DNA of 63,393 nucleotides, filler included, from Pirum gemmata (Eukaryota): NCBI GenBank assembly GCA_002812295.1. It is 11 parts of 11 records of this genome, joined end to end, with 100 filler letters (N's around TTAATTAATTAA, not from the genome) between each part and the next. Parts side by side here need not be neighbours in the genome. Positions count along the whole stretch, not along the records: positions 33,976 to 39,496 come from PDIN01000519.1; positions 39,597 to 45,113 come from PDIN01000520.1; positions 45,214 to 50,748 come from PDIN01000521.1; positions 50,849 to 56,388 come from PDIN01000522.1; 7 more parts are not named here. One strand, 5' to 3'. Shown piece by piece: positions 37,481 to 52,218 of this stretch (position 1 is its first letter; each line of letters starts with the position of its first letter). The notes under the pieces were generated by a model. It saw only the letters and a program-made list of their open reading frames with translations, ran no database searches and was not told where the DNA came from. The position numbers and the translations under genes were made by a program.

Positions 37481-38859
37481 TAGTGTTACCTCAGTGATAG
37501 TTCCTTTCGTTTCATCAGCGTAAGGAATTACAACAAACGTGTGTAATGATGGTTCGTTTTACTAACGTAAGGTGTTTTTCACAAGAGAATTTTTGTATCT
37601 ACTAGATTAATGCTTTTCATATCAAAAAGGCCTTTGTTTGTTTTTGTTTGTTTGTTTTTGGTAAAACTTTTTAAGTCAAATTTGAAAAATAATTGTTTTA
37701 CCGAAATTCTACTGCCCCAACTGCAGCCGATTTCGAAAAATACCATTTTCTACTAGAACTTGTTTACCCTGTATTAAACAAATAAGAATACACGCCACAT
37801 TTTGTGGAGTCCAATTTATGTTTTTGAAATCTTTCTCACAAATTCATTAAAGGGATAAATCATCAGTGTTCTATTTCATGCAGCGTATGTAAAACTTTAA
37901 TTATAGTTTTGCATTGCTTGATGTTATCCCACTCGGGTCCATATGCTGTGTGTCGCTTGTTCAATATCTTGCAACCTGGGTTGCAGCGTATACTATATCT
38001 TCATTATATTACATTTTACCGACTGCCTTCGAATAAGTTGTTTTTTTTTTTGTTATTTCGTTACTTTCAAGTAAGTCCCTTAAACTAAATTTGTAATGTG
38101 TGGCAGTAGTTGTGTGTTTTGAAAGTCCTTTAAAAGAACATGATCACGGATAATAAATATTCAACTGTTGCATTTTTAACATGGAAAGGACTGTGTGACC
38201 GAAATAGAAAAATGATACGTTTTAATAATCCCTAGTAATGCGAATACGGTATTAAAATTTCCTTTTTTTATTTCAAATATATAGTAAAAACTAAAAACAA
38301 TGGTGAATTGGTTGTGGTTTCATTTCCCGTTGATATTGGGTAACAGTGAGTATTATTTTCATGCGTATTTTTCTGAAAATGTATATGATTATGAGAAAAA
38401 TAAGAATATGACTGATCTTACTGGTATATACGTATACAAATAAATACCATTATTCGTTGAGTATGTTACACAACTTTGAATTTATAATATGAAACATCAA
38501 TATTGGTATATAACAGGGCAAAATGACTTATAAACTGAACAATGCGAAAATAGCATAACAAATTTGTTGAAAATAAGTATTATAATACAAGCCGATATAC
38601 ATAATTCAACAAAATAGGTTATGCTATCAAGATGACGTAATAATATTTGTGCCATTCAACTTAATGATATTGTCACTTACAGCTACAGCTCCAAACAACC
38701 ACAGCTACCATCACAGCTACAATTTTTTTTTTTTTTTCTAAAGGGTTTCCTTTATTGAGAAAGGTCTCTTTTCTCTTTCAATGGTATCTATCAAGTTGGA
38801 GATGGTCAAATCGAGGGGTTTACACAATCCGACCTAGTGGCGCTTCCCTCCTTTGAACT

Positions 38860-39390
38860 TTTGATTGGTAAAAATAATCAGGTGTGATTTTCAACCGCGG
38901 GGTATTTTCGTCATCATTCCTGGAGTATTTTCACGTTATATGGAAAAACCTCTAATAGTTAGTTCCAGTTTAGTTCCCCACAGCCAAACATTACAAACAT
39001 TCCTGTCTTCTTACATCATTTATCCTTCTCATTAATTTTACTTACTATTTGAAAAATGTAAATAAATTGTGAGTTAATTTTTGTAAAAAAAAATTGTAAA
39101 ATTTAAAAGTCATTTTATTTAAAAGTTCCTTTCTATCTCTGCCTTTTATACATTTTCATAATTCTAAAATTTCTCTCTTTTCGATCTTAGCCCTTTTTGA
39201 TTGGTATAAATAATCAAGGGTGATTTTCAACCTTGGGCTATTTTTGTCATCAATCCTGGGGTAATTTCACATTATCTGGTAAAATCCCCAAAAGTTCCCC
39301 ACAGCCAAACATTTTGGAAACTTTCCTTTCTTCTTACATCATTTGTACTTCTCATGTTATTTCACTTACATCATTTGTCCTTCTCATCAT
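38860..39390. repeat. Diverged direct duplication (~38860-39120 vs ~39195-39495), possibly a decayed retroelement remnant
   Basis: Shared TTTTGATTGGTA..AATAATCA.G.GTGATTTTCAACC and AGTTCCCCACAGCCAAACATT blocks. Confidence 0.55.
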
Positions 39391-39684
39391 GCGCAATTTC
39401 AAAGAGGGAGGGGGGTTTAAACTTATTAGAAAAAATGTAAAATAAATGTAAAGTAAATATTGTAAAAATTGTTTTGTAAAATTTAGAAGTAATTTTNNNN
39501 NNNNNNNNNNNNNNNNNNNNNNNNNNNNNNNNNNNNNNNNTTAATTAATTAANNNNNNNNNNNNNNNNNNNNNNNNNNNNNNNNNNNNNNNNNNNNTTGG
39601 TATTATTGTTATTATTCTTTGATAGTATTTTAATTATTATTATTTATTTACTTACAATTTTTTTTCACAAAAAAATTATAATAG

Positions 39685-40751
39685 GAATGTGCAAACTTGA
39701 AGGAATGGACAAAGTTGATAAAACACATGCACAGGAATTTAAAAAGAATATGAAAAAGCATTTACACGAAGCTGATGATGAAATTAAAAAACTTCTCTTT
39801 CAAAATGTCGATAATGCAGAAGAAGCAGTCGCAGCAGCGAATACCGCCGCGAAGGGGAGTAGCAAGGCTGTGAAAATGTTTAATGCGTTGGGGTTTGTTG
39901 CCGATGTTGCAGTTTTGGGTTTCCAAATTTATGATGCAGCAACTATATGTTCTGAAAAGAAAAATAAACATTCAGATGCATGCGCAAAAGCTATTACTAA
40001 CGCTGTAGTGGGTGCAGCTGTCGATGCAGGTTGTTTAGCTCTTGCTACCGTGACTGCTGGTATTGCGCTCGGTGTTTGTGCTTTCGCCAGTGCACTACTG
40101 GTTGGCCCTGTTATTGATGGAATTTTTGCGGCAAAAGGCGAGTATGATTTAGCAACAAAAGACTTAATGATGGGTATATTGACATTGAATCGGGCTAAAA
40201 TTATGGAAGGGTTTGAACATCTCAAAAACATTCCTGGTGCTTTCATTAAAGGTTTATGGAAAGGATTTACTAATGGACTAGTGAGCATTGGTCAAGCTGC
40301 TGTTAACTTTTTAGTCCAAGGCTTCATGATACAAAGAGACAAAAGCCCAATTCAAAAATTTTTACCATGCAGTGGTGACGGTGTTAATATAAGAAAACAT
40401 GACGGCGGATGGACGCGTCTACGTAAAAGAAAAGTAGCGGGGCAAGGTTTAATATTTCATTTTGATACCAATAGTGATGGTTATTTTACGTATAAATGTG
40501 TTAAGGATCGCAGGCAATGGTATAATTTTTGGGCATCTACTCATGAACATGCGGTTATGGAAGGAGAATATGTTTTGTATCCTGGAGGATTTACTACTAC
40601 GATGACAGCAGTAACCATGATCGGCACTTACCCTAATCAGTTTAAAGCATTAGCGTCTTTTAAGAATGGGAAATTTGTTATCACTTATATCAGTGGTGGC
40701 AGACGGAAGAAGCGAAGAATTAATAGTATGCCATATATATCCCGTGGTTAA
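39685..40751 (+). CDS. Terminal exon of an orphan protein with an Ala/Gly-rich hydrophobic helical region
   Basis: AG acceptor at 39683-39684, then an open ~355-codon frame with coding-like composition; FNALGFVADVAVLGFQI and VVGAAVDAGCLALATVTAGIALGVCAFASALLVGPVIDGIF. Confidence 0.75.
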
Positions 40752-40990
40752 TATTTTTGATTATATTACAATCCCCACTCCCCCCCATCCATTTAATTAG
40801 TCTAGTAATTAATGTATTATTAGTAATTTTACATTAACCAAACCTTTTTATAATAATTTCAAAGGTATCTGATATTCGATAAGGTATAATATTATAAAAG
40901 GTTGTTTTATTGATTACCAAAAAATTCAAGGTTTAAATATTTTAACACATATAATAATTTTGATTTTAAATCGTAACAAGCATTGGTATT

Positions 40991-41135
40991 CACCATAACC
41001 ATAACCATAACCATAACCGTAACCATAACCATAACCATGACCATAACCATACCATAATTAATAACCATATCGATATCATATTCATGATCATAACCATATA
41101 ACTATAATCATAGTCATAACCATGATCATAACCAT

Positions 41136-41175
<40 letters not shown>

Positions 41176-41235
41176 CACAGCAACAACAACATACAACAAC
41201 AACAGCAGCAACAGTAACACCAACAGCAGCAACAA
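40991..41235. repeat. (CCATAA)n and (CAA)n microsatellites
   Basis: Directly visible. Confidence 0.85.
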
Positions 41236-41682
41236 CAGAAATCATATGCATATTCATGATCATTTATTATAAATATAACCACACCCGTAACACTGCCACT
41301 AAATACAACACCACGATTTTCTTGTTTGCATGATTGATCAATTAATTCATAAAGTCAATTTAATTATTGTAATTATTGTCAATTTTAATGATAAATAAAT
41401 AATATTCTTATTATACCTGATTATTTCTGTTTAGTTGGATAGTGGGATGATTCACTTGGAAGAGAACAAAGTCATTTTACTGTAATTGAAACTGTTAAAT
41501 TTCATAAAAAAGTAATTTAACTGTAATTCGATTGTCTTGTTGACAAGATTTTCATTCATAAATAATTCATAACATAATTACATTATTTATTTATTTATTT
41601 ATTTATTTATTATTTATTTATTCAGTTATTTATTAGCTGTTACTATTGCTATTATTAATACTATTATTATTGATTCATCAAA

Positions 41683-44600
41683 TTAATTAACTTTACAATC
41701 GAAACCCTTTTTTTCGATTATATTGGCACTATTGAACCCAACATAAACTGTAAATTTACCATTAACTCCGTCCTTTTCACAAGGAAGAACATATTGTTGT
41801 TTTTTAATATCCCAACTATAGTTAGTAGAACCAATATCAATATCATATTTTCCACTGGACCAAACCTTCTTGAACCCTTTTAATTCTTTAAGTGGTCGAT
41901 TTTTATTTAAAGAAACATCATCTGATTCGTACCCGATGTAAACTTGCACAACATCGGAGGCAATCATTTTCCAGTCTGGTTTTTTCATGTCAATGTCAAT
42001 TTTAACGTGAACTTTATATTTACTGTCCATTTCGATTTTTACTTTTTCGAGTTCACTTTTCTCTAAATAAGTCAAGCCAAAGCCAAACTGGAACATTGGT
42101 TGAATGCTATACTTTTCATAGTATTTGTAACCAACTAGATTTTCTTCAATGTATTTAGAAGCATTATAGCCATATTGAATAACGTCAGTATGTTTACCAG
42201 TGTGTTCATCGTACTCATACGCAGGGGTTACCAAACCATAATATTGGGTACCAGTTTCATTATAATATAATTCAGGGGCAGGATTATCCAGGCTAAGACC
42301 TTTATTGAACCTACTGATAGGTGATTGCAAATATTTCATCCCATCCTTTTCATCTACACCAGGAAGAGTGTTGATCAATTTCCCTCCTGGTGAAATTTTT
42401 CCACTCAAAACTTGTGCCAAAGCATTATATAATTGCTCCCCAGGGTAGTATGTGCTTAAGGCAGCATCAACATTATTAATGTGATCATGGGTCATATAAA
42501 CACCACCATGAGTTGCAATGCTAATCAATTTTGAACCTTTTCTTCTTGCTGTTTGATATTTATTAATAAGTTTTTCGTAATCACAATCTCCATAGGTCCT
42601 GAAAAATGTACAAGTATAATATAATTTGCGTGGTTTAATTAAAAAATAGGAAAATGTAGAATATATATGTTGGTATGCCATGCTAACTAAAAGCAATGGA
42701 ATGAAAAATGTAAATAAAAAAATGACAATAAAAAAATAATAACATTCAAATATATAATTGACGCATGAAACTTACTTTTTTTTCTACGAAATATTTACAT
42801 AAAAAAATTGACGGTGAGAAAATAAAAAAAATAATACTGATAATAATATATAGTGTTGAATTATACTATAATAATAATAATAACAATAACAACAATAATA
42901 ATTATATGATTATATAATATATAATAATAATAATAATAATAATAACAATAATAATAATAATAAGATATGGTAAATGTTGTAAGCAGCAAACAAAAAGAAT
43001 CAAATAAAACTTACATTGTGATATTTTCTCTCGCCACAGTAGAATTGCATCTATCCAGATTATAGAACCCATCCCCTTTGCCAATAAACGATTGAACCAT
43101 ATATTCTTCGCTACGATATTGTGACCCGAAAGCTAAAATTACATCATATTTGCCATCGTCACAGTCCAACTTTCCATCAACTTCTACTTCATCTACTTCA
43201 TAATCCCAATAAACTTCCGCATCAAAAATTTCTGCTAAAGTATCTTTCATCTTAACTTGACCATACAACCCACCAGTTACCAAACCCTCAACTGTTGGGT
43301 CAGGTAGAAAGTAAGCAAAAGCGCCACTATCACCAGAACCCCCTCCATTTAACATATATTCACCAGTTAGCAAGATTTTCTTAATTTTTCGTTTCGTTAG
43401 TGGTAGGGCACCATCATTTTTAAGTAAGACCATACTTTCTGCAGAAACTATGGCCGCTAGACCACGATTATCTCTTTTTTTGATTTGTTTTCTATATTTT
43501 TTTGGTAAATGTCTAATACTAGGAGCTCTAGATTTTGGTTCACTATTTTCACAAGCACAGTTATCACTGTCCGGTTTGAAAATACCAGCAGTCACCATAC
43601 CCGAAAGAGAATTGTGCACGGCAGTTTTTCTTTGTTTGTCAGAGATAAATTCTCGGCTAAGGGGTTGCCCCCAATTCATTTCCCAGTCGAATGCACGGTT
43701 TTGATAGCTAGTTCCATTCGCCAAATCCACTCTATCATTATTAGTCCAATCAGTCATTACCAGACCACCGAAACCTAAAGTATCTTTTAACACATTCGTT
43801 AACATGTAATCATCTCCGCATAAGTATGAAATGGTATCATTTCTTTCATCAATTTGCACACGATTGTAACTACACATGACTGCGCCCGGAGCACCTTTGA
43901 TAGCATGGGCAAAAGTAGGCATATAGGATTCCATCATTGATGCTTCAGAAATTTGGGCAATGTTGGAATTTCGGTTTAGTTCTTGACTGTTAAGGGCAAA
44001 GTGTTTTAAGGTGGCCATCACTTTATTTTTTTGTAATCCTTCAACCCATTCTTTCTGTCCTGATGCTAAATACGCGTCTTCTCCTCCGGCGTATTCCCAA
44101 TTACGCCCACAAGTCGGTACTCGATGCAAGCAAAGACCTGGACCAAGCTGAGTATCAGCACCCACATTCAAAAAGTCACCACTCCCAATATCCCCGATGT
44201 AGTAAGCAAATTCTGGGGAGAACGTTGCGGATTGTGCCGCGCCGACAGGCCAAGAAAGACTGTCAATAGTAGTCCCGTTACATATATTTCTTAAACCACT
44301 TCCTGCATAATATTATATAGAATGAAATTTTAAAATCAATCGACTACAAACAATAATAACGAAGGCAAAGAATAGTACAAGTACAATAAATATAGAATAG
44401 ATACTACAAACACTACTATAGCTACTACACCTTCAATATCTGTTAAAATAATTACAAAATTTATAATATATTATACCTTATGAACTATTGTACATATATA
44501 TATATATATATAATTAATTATATACAACATACCACCATCCATCATGTTTACAGTTTTCACAGCTCCTGTGTAGTTTGGGACAACACCCACAAACAAATCA

Positions 44601-44756
44601 GTATTGTTTCCACCAAAGTATTTACCATCATCATATACCCAGTCACTTGCCAAAGTAGGATTTTTGATCATGTACTCTTCAGCGCAAACTTGGGCAGCAC
44701 GGTATTGAAAGGAGCCATAATAATTAGGAGTCCAAGTATTAAGATTCATTTTTTTC
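41683..44756 (-). CDS. Glycoside hydrolase family 3 beta-glucosidase (first exon(s) probably missing)
   Basis: Exons 44756-44533, 44302-43015 and 42598-41683 join in frame by GT-AG. Motifs LGPG...R.P..GRNWE..GED, KHFALN.QE, VMCSYN, nucleophile VMTDW, AESMVLLKN, VGYKYY, FGFGL.Y and the FnIII-like P.KELKGFKKV. Confidence 0.92.
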
Positions 44757-45936
44757 CTATGTATATATAAATACTAGTAACTTTTTATTCTAAATAATAT
44801 TAACAATAAAAAGAAAAAAAAATGATGTAGACCAGTATAAATTTTGAAAAAAATATTTTTGTTTTTTTGTTTTATTTTTTTGGATTGTTTTTTCGTTCTT
44901 TCCTGTTTGTTTTTTGTTTTTTGTTGCTTTTATATCAAATAAATATCACTTTTGTGCTCTTCTAACTAGCTAGTAGTACCAGATAGCTGGTAGCTTCTAG
45001 CTAGACTATAAGACCCTATATAAGTGGCAGGTTTCAGAAACTGGTTTCAGTAGTAGGAAGACTCTACGAGACTCTACTATTAATACTATAATAATAATAA
45101 TAATAATAATAATNNNNNNNNNNNNNNNNNNNNNNNNNNNNNNNNNNNNNNNNNNNNTTAATTAATTAANNNNNNNNNNNNNNNNNNNNNNNNNNNNNNN
45201 NNNNNNNNNNNNNATAAATAAAATAAATAAAATAAATAAAATAAAATAATTTGGTTTGGGTTGGGGTCGGCTTTAACTATTGTAGCGCTTTTCATTTATT
45301 TTGTCACTCCGAATATTTATTTGGTTGATTATAATTTTTTAATTGACATTGTTAAATGAATAAATGCATAATAAAATATACCAAATGATGACAAAACAAC
45401 TGAAAAGCTTGATATATTCAAATGATTTGATACCGTCGGATATAGTAAATATTGATATACTACGTCTTAGTAAGGATGCCAATTTAGAAATTATATCATA
45501 ACGCTAAAAAAAATAAAAAACAATATATTAATAATAACAATTAATAACAATAAAAATAGAAATAAAGGGTTTTAAAATTAGGGTAGTATTAATATCTAGA
45601 ATATTAATATGCACGTTTATTTGGTTAAGAATGAAATCAAAGACTGGAGGCAATTTTCACATGTTGTAACCAACGCCGAATCTTTCACTGGATGCAAACT
45701 TGCATGAGTTGAAGACATCTTTTCTTGAAAGCCTAAAAGAGCGCTCAAATGATAAGTCACGTCAAGTGGGTAGGTAAGTAGGTGGTATTTGACCGGAAAT
45801 TAACATTGAGGGGTAGGTAGGTAGGGATATTTGAAGTAGTATTTGAGCTCTCCCTAATTGATGTGCATAATTGAAGAGAAGAAACCACGTTCCCATTTTA
45901 TATGACAATTTGTATTCATTCTGATAAGAATTAAAC

Positions 45937-46106
45937 TAACCCTAACCCTAATCCTAATCCTAACCCTAACCCTAACCCTAACCCTAACCCTAAAGGTGTG
46001 CAATCTGGTTCAGATTGTTTATAGAGGACATAATATTACAAGTTTTATATAATGAAAGAAATCAAGTACCTAACACTACCCTAACCCTAACCCTAACCCT
46101 AACCCT
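45937..46106 (-). repeat. Two interstitial (CCCTAA)n arrays (45937-45992, 46079-46106)
   Basis: Directly visible. Confidence 0.85.
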
Positions 46107-49100
46107 AAAACTTTTCGTTATTAGCATAATAATATTCTGATTTTAAAAAGACAGTTCTTACATATATTTTAACTACCAAGCTGGATAAAAATGGCGACAT
46201 CCACCATATGAGCTCAAAATCCAAAATCTCAAAATGATCCAAATTTAATATAAATACTACCAAAGTTTCAGAAATCAGATAACTAAGAATACTATATTAT
46301 GAAACAATGGCTAGTTTTTAAAAAATATTTGGTTAGTTAGCATTTTAATTTTTTAAGAAGAAGTCTAAAAAATAATGATTTCATCCAGCTTGTTAAAAAA
46401 AAAAAAAAAAATAGACATCATAGTCTTTATAAGTTTATATTCATAATTTGTCTTTTATTTCTTGAAAAAGATTTCTTGTTGATAAAGATCCGGTTATTAA
46501 CCAATCCAAACGCACATGTTCTTATCATCCACCCAAAGTAGGAAATTCAACGAATGAATTTTTTCAATTTTTTTTTTTTTTTTTTTTTTTTTNTTTTTTT
46601 TTTTTTTTTTTTTTTTTTATCATACATTTTTATCACTAGATTTTTATAACTATTTTTATCATATAGAACCGGGGTCTAGCTATAGTGGTTTTCAGATGTT
46701 TTATCACCATAAAATATACAATAAATAGTACCAAAATAACATAATATAAATCCATTTAATTAATTTTAGTATATTTTATTATGTATATTATCTTGATTTA
46801 AAATGCCAATTTAAAGATTATTACCCTCCAAATAAATATTCAGAGTGGCAAAATAAATGAAAAGCATGTGATCATACATAAAAAAAAATAAAAAAAAATA
46901 AAATCAAGTTTCGGTCTGACCTACCATAGTGCTTTTCATTTATTTTGTTACTCTGAATATTTATTTGGTTGGTTATAATTTTTTAATTGACATTGTTAAA
47001 ATGAATAAATGAATAATAAAATATATTAAATTAAATGAAATGGATTTATATTATATTAGTTTGGTACTCTTTATTGTATATTTTTTCCAAATAAATATTC
47101 AGAGTGATAAAATAAATGAAAAGCAGTTTTAATTATCATAGCATATCAAAATAACGTTTCCAAATCATCAAATCATCCATTTCTGTATTAATTGTTATCA
47201 TATAATATAATGCATAATAATATAATATTAAAATCTTAGTAGAATGACTACTACTAGTTACACAGTGGCTAGAGATAGAGACTAGCTAGGAATGACAAGC
47301 ATAATATAAGCAATTTACTATCACTTGTAACTTCTAAACCAATAATTACAACCATTGATCGTATATCAATATTAACATGAACAGTAAACAGTAGCTGTAC
47401 TTCACTTGGTCTAGTGGTTATGAGTTTGGTTGGGCATGGTTAAAAGTGGTGTTAGTTTAATAAGTAGAGCTGTTCAAAGTTGTAATGTAAATACTCTGCA
47501 AATATTAATCTATTTAATTACTTAAAAGTATAATTAATCATTGGTGTTTTAGTTTTTGTTATTTCTTGTATAATGCATAAGTTATGCATAATATATGTTT
47601 TGTGCTAGTTTTTGAATTTGTGTATTCGTACCTATACTTCTGGTGTGTTTTAATGTTATGCTTAAATACTATCCATTCCATTCTGGTTTTGGTTTGGGTT
47701 GTTTTGGTGTTGTTTTATTTTTGCTACTGTTGTGTCTGTTGCAATGTTTGTATTTGTATTTGTGTTAGTGGGTTGTTTTGGTGTTGTTTTATTTTTGCTA
47801 CTGTTGTGCAATGTTTGTATTTGTGTTTGTGTTAATTAAAAATAATAATAATAATGTTTTGGTTTTGGTTTTGAAGTGTTTTGATTTATTAGTACATATA
47901 TATTTACTAGTACTATCATTATTAAAAAATTAAAAATAGCTGTTGAAAAACGTTTTATTCATTTTTCAATTATTATTATTTTACAGTAATGTATACCAAA
48001 TATGGTTTTAAAGTCAAAAATCCCAGAAGATATATTTATGTATGGAATTTTTTTTAAAAACGTAAAACTTTTGTGGTTCACTAGAATTTTTATTTTCCGA
48101 ACATAAGTAATGTAATAAGTATTTAATAGATTTGAAATTTTCAAACATAAACGTTTTTAGATTTTTTGCACCATATATAGTTACAATTCGATGTTCAAAA
48201 TCTACAACTTCGAACTTTCTAAACCGAACATAATATCGAACCTTTTCGAAGTATTTCGAGCTTATTTACTAATTAACAATATAAAAAAAAATGTACAAAT
48301 TAGAAATGATTTCTCGACTTCAATATTCACATTTTTTGCACAACTGAGCGAAGTCTGGAACAAGCTCGAAAATATCCAACTTTCGTTTCTAGTTTTTCGA
48401 GTAGTTTTCTAGTTTTTTTCTCAAGTTCGAGTCTCAAGCTCGACTGCTCGAGTCTAGCTAGGGTAATTTTTTATTAACTTTTATGAGTCTTTTTTCGTAA
48501 AACATCCAATCATCTACTAAGACAAAAATAGAAAAAAAGATTTTTAAAAACAAAAGTACCAATTACAATGCTATATTGAATACCTTTTTCAAAGTAAAAC
48601 CCAAATTTGTTTCCACCCAAAAAAAAAACTGTTTTAGGTCCAGTAAGTAAAAAGGACGAGTGCTCTCCAGATTCTATTTTAGTTTAGGGAGCCAAATAAT
48701 AATACGTCACGTCAAGGGGTAGGTAGGTAGGTGGTATTTGACAGGAAATTTTAACGTCGAGGGGTAGGTAGGTAGGGGTACAAATAATACGTTACGTCAA
48801 GGGGTAGGCGTTACGTAGACTGAACGCACCCTTACTCTCTTTTTCCTTATCTCTTTTTCCTAGACCCTTTTTTATTTTATTTCTCAAGAAAATAATTGCA
48901 CATTATATTATCATTATTCATATGAAATTATTTATATTGATATTTCACCATTTATGAAATTACAAATTTTGTCTTCAAATTTAGTTTAAATTTTAAAGCT
49001 AATTTATATATCTCGAGCTCGCTTTAGAACTATACAAAGCATTTATTTACAGCTCACTCTTCAGTTAGAATCGGTTAGTGTAATTACTTTGATGTGAACA

Positions 49101-50093
49101 TATCCAACTCGATCACCGGGCCTTTCAATGAATTTGTTATTTTAGTTCTCTTAAAATTAAGTGCATTTGCCCACGTACAATAACGTACCCACAACAATTA
49201 ATCAATTATAATAATACATTTCGCTTTTTTTATTATTAGTTTTAAATTTATTAATATTATTATATAATATATAATGTTCATTAATTAAAATAAAGTTATT
49301 ATCATTTTGTTTAAAAGTATTATGTACAGTAAACTAACAATGTTGTTGATGAAGATGAAGATGTTGTTGCTGTTGCTGTTGCTGTTGTTTATGTGTGATG
49401 ATGATGGTGGTGGTGATGGTGGTGGTTATTGTGCTTGCCGTTATTGTGGTTTTGGTGATGGTGGTGATAATGTTGGTTTTGTTGTTGTTGTTGTTGGCGT
49501 TGTTGTTGTGGTGGTGGTGGTGGTGGTGGTTCTTATTGTGCTTGTCGTTATTGTAGTTTTGGTGGTGGTGATGGTGGTTGTAACTGTGCCTGTCGTTATT
49601 TTGGCTTTGGGGGTGGTGTTGTTGTTATTTGTATCGTCGTTAACGTTGTTGTTGCGGTAGTGGGGGTGGCAGTGGTTGTTTTTTTCAAATAATGATCATG
49701 ACAATAATATTGTAATTTTATTACCCCTATAATAATATATCATAAATAAAAGTGCTCATTGTCTTAATTAAAACTGTTTAAAATTATTATTGTATATTGT
49801 TGGGTTTTTGCTGCGATACGCAATTATACATACGCAACTATACATACGCAACTATTATCGGTGAGATTGGTGAAGTGTGAAGTTGTGAACCCTAATTATT
49901 TTTTAAAAAAAAAAACCCCTCAAATAAGTAACTTTAACCAAATTGGCTGTAAGAGTCTGTAAGTTCGAGTAAATGACCAATAAAAACACTGTATGGACTT
50001 GGGGATCAAATGTTGGGTTTTTTTTTTGCAACACGCAACGAATAAAAATACTGTATGGCCTTGTCCTGGGATCAAAATATCAACACCAAAACA

Positions 50094-50322
50094 GTAGGGG
50101 TGAGATGACGTCATTTTATTATTACCGAACAGCAGCTGGAACTTTTCCGATTTTTATGGTTTATTACTATTGATGTTAATATTATTACTTTAATTAGAAC
50201 CTACTATAATTAGATTTTCTATTTAAGCTATTTGACTGCTGTTATTAGTAAAAAACACGGAACTAAAGTTGGCTCGATAAGCATCTGTTCGAAAAAAGTT
50301 CCGGGAGATAACTCACCCCTAC
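50094..50322 (-). mobile_element. MITE family A copy
   Basis: TIRs extend to CAGTAGGGG...CCCCTACTG. Confidence 0.85.
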
Positions 50323-51366
50323 TGCCTAAATGCCCACATCCGCCATTTGAGCTCAAAATCCAAATATCTCAAAAATTTAATGTTCTAATTTTGATAAAAG
50401 TACTACCAAATGTTCTAATTTTGATAAAAGTACTACCAAATTTTGAGAAAACACTTATTATCGTGCTTTTCAGTTGTTTTGTCATCATAAAATATACAAT
50501 AAAGAGTGCCAAATTAATACTATATAAATCCATTTAATTTAATTTGCTATACTTTATTATCTATTTATTCTTTTAAAAACGTCAAATTAAATATTATAAC
50601 CAACCAAATAAATATGCAGAGTGACAAAATAAATGAAAAGCACAATATAAACAAATGAAGGGTTTTTTTTAAAAAAATAATTTGGCTTTTTAGAAAAAAG
50701 AAGTCTAATAAAGGGTTAGGGTTAGGGTTAGGGTTAGGGTTAGGGGTTNNNNNNNNNNNNNNNNNNNNNNNNNNNNNNNNNNNNNNNNNNNNTTAATTAA
50801 TTAANNNNNNNNNNNNNNNNNNNNNNNNNNNNNNNNNNNNNNNNNNNNGAATGAAAGTGATAGATACCAGGTAGCAAGCCTGCGAGAGACCTCTTGGTGA
50901 TAGTGATAGACATCTGAGCGAAAGAAATGAAGAAATAATAATAATAACAAAAAAAAAAAAAAAAAAAAAAAGTGGGGCAGTGTGAAAAGTTGTCATCTGA
51001 AACAAAAAAAAGTTCAACAAATTTTTATATATGACTTGGCTATCGATATCGATGAAATGACTTGTTTGTTTGGCCTAGACAGTCTAGACTAGCTAGTAGG
51101 AAAACTGTTACGGAGGTGTTAGACAGTAGCTATTGGGTTATTAGTAGGGGGGTCGAGGGACTGGGTAATTAGGGGTAATTAGGATTAGGGGAATGTTTGT
51201 GGTAAGGGAGAACTTAGGGTCGAGCTAGGAACTTAGGGCCTAGTAACCTAGTTAGGGGAGTGTAACGAGTGTTAGGGGTAGGGAAAACAGGAAACTGGCA
51301 GGGGTAGGGTTAGGTTCAGATAATTCACAAATTATTTATATAAATAAAATTTAATTAATAAAATAA

Positions 51367-51537
51367 GGGAGCTCGAGCGTTCAAAATTCAAATACTACGT
51401 AACGCCAATTTTCGGTCAAGTACAGCTTCAAATACCCCCTACCTACCTACACCTTGACAACTCCCTTGACGTTAATTTCCGGTCAAATACAGCCTACCTA
51501 CCTACCCCTTGACGTGACGCATTGTTTGAACGCTCCC
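51367..51537 (-). mobile_element. Family C Harbinger-like MITE with TAA target-site duplication
   Basis: TAA|GGGAGC...GAACGCTCCC|TAA; GGG termini plus a 3-bp TAA TSD are typical of PIF/Harbinger. Confidence 0.8.
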
Positions 51538-51988
51538 TAAACTATTGCAAGAACATCGAGCCAAGAACATAAGTACAATTATTATTATTATTATAATCAA
51601 TATTAATATACTTACAAGTTACAACATATATACAATCAATCATTAATTCAATTATTCATTACATTTACAGCATTCAACCAATCATTACACATTCAACACA
51701 CATTCAATTATATATACTAGCTTGTACTCAATCATTAATTCTATTATTCATTACTCTTACAATCATTCAATCTAGCAAGAACACAATTATATAAATACCA
51801 GTACTGTTTGTTGTTGATCAAAGAAGTCGAATAGTTATCTCCAGGAATAGTTAATTAAAACTGAATAGTTGTAAGACAGTAAGTAAAAATAGCTAGACTA
51901 GTCTGTCTAAGAACTAGTATATATGATATATTGATAACTATTTTAAAAAAAAAATACACATAGTCTACCGGTATACAGTATTCAATAA

Positions 51989-52218
51989 GTAGGGGTGAGA
52001 TATCTACTGGAACTTTTTTCGAACAGATGCTTATCGAGCCAACCTTAGTTCCGTGTTTCTTACTAATAATAGCAGTTAAATAGCTTAACATAGTAAATCT
52101 AATTATTATAGATGCCAATTAAAATAATAATATTAACATTAATAGTAATAAAACCATAAAATCGAAAAAGTTCCGGCAGCTGTTCGGTAATAATAAAATG
52201 ACGTCATCTCACCCCTAC
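51989..52218 (+). mobile_element. MITE family A copy
   Basis: Both TIRs present. Confidence 0.85.

Noticed and set aside
37864..38130. Possible minus-strand exons (HYKFSLRDLL; LQDIEQATHSIWTRV)
   Set aside because: Too short to assign; the resemblance to a dynein motif may be chance
50712..50748. True chromosome end at the contig terminus
   Set aside because: The array is short and ITS are abundant here, so the assembly more likely broke at an internal array
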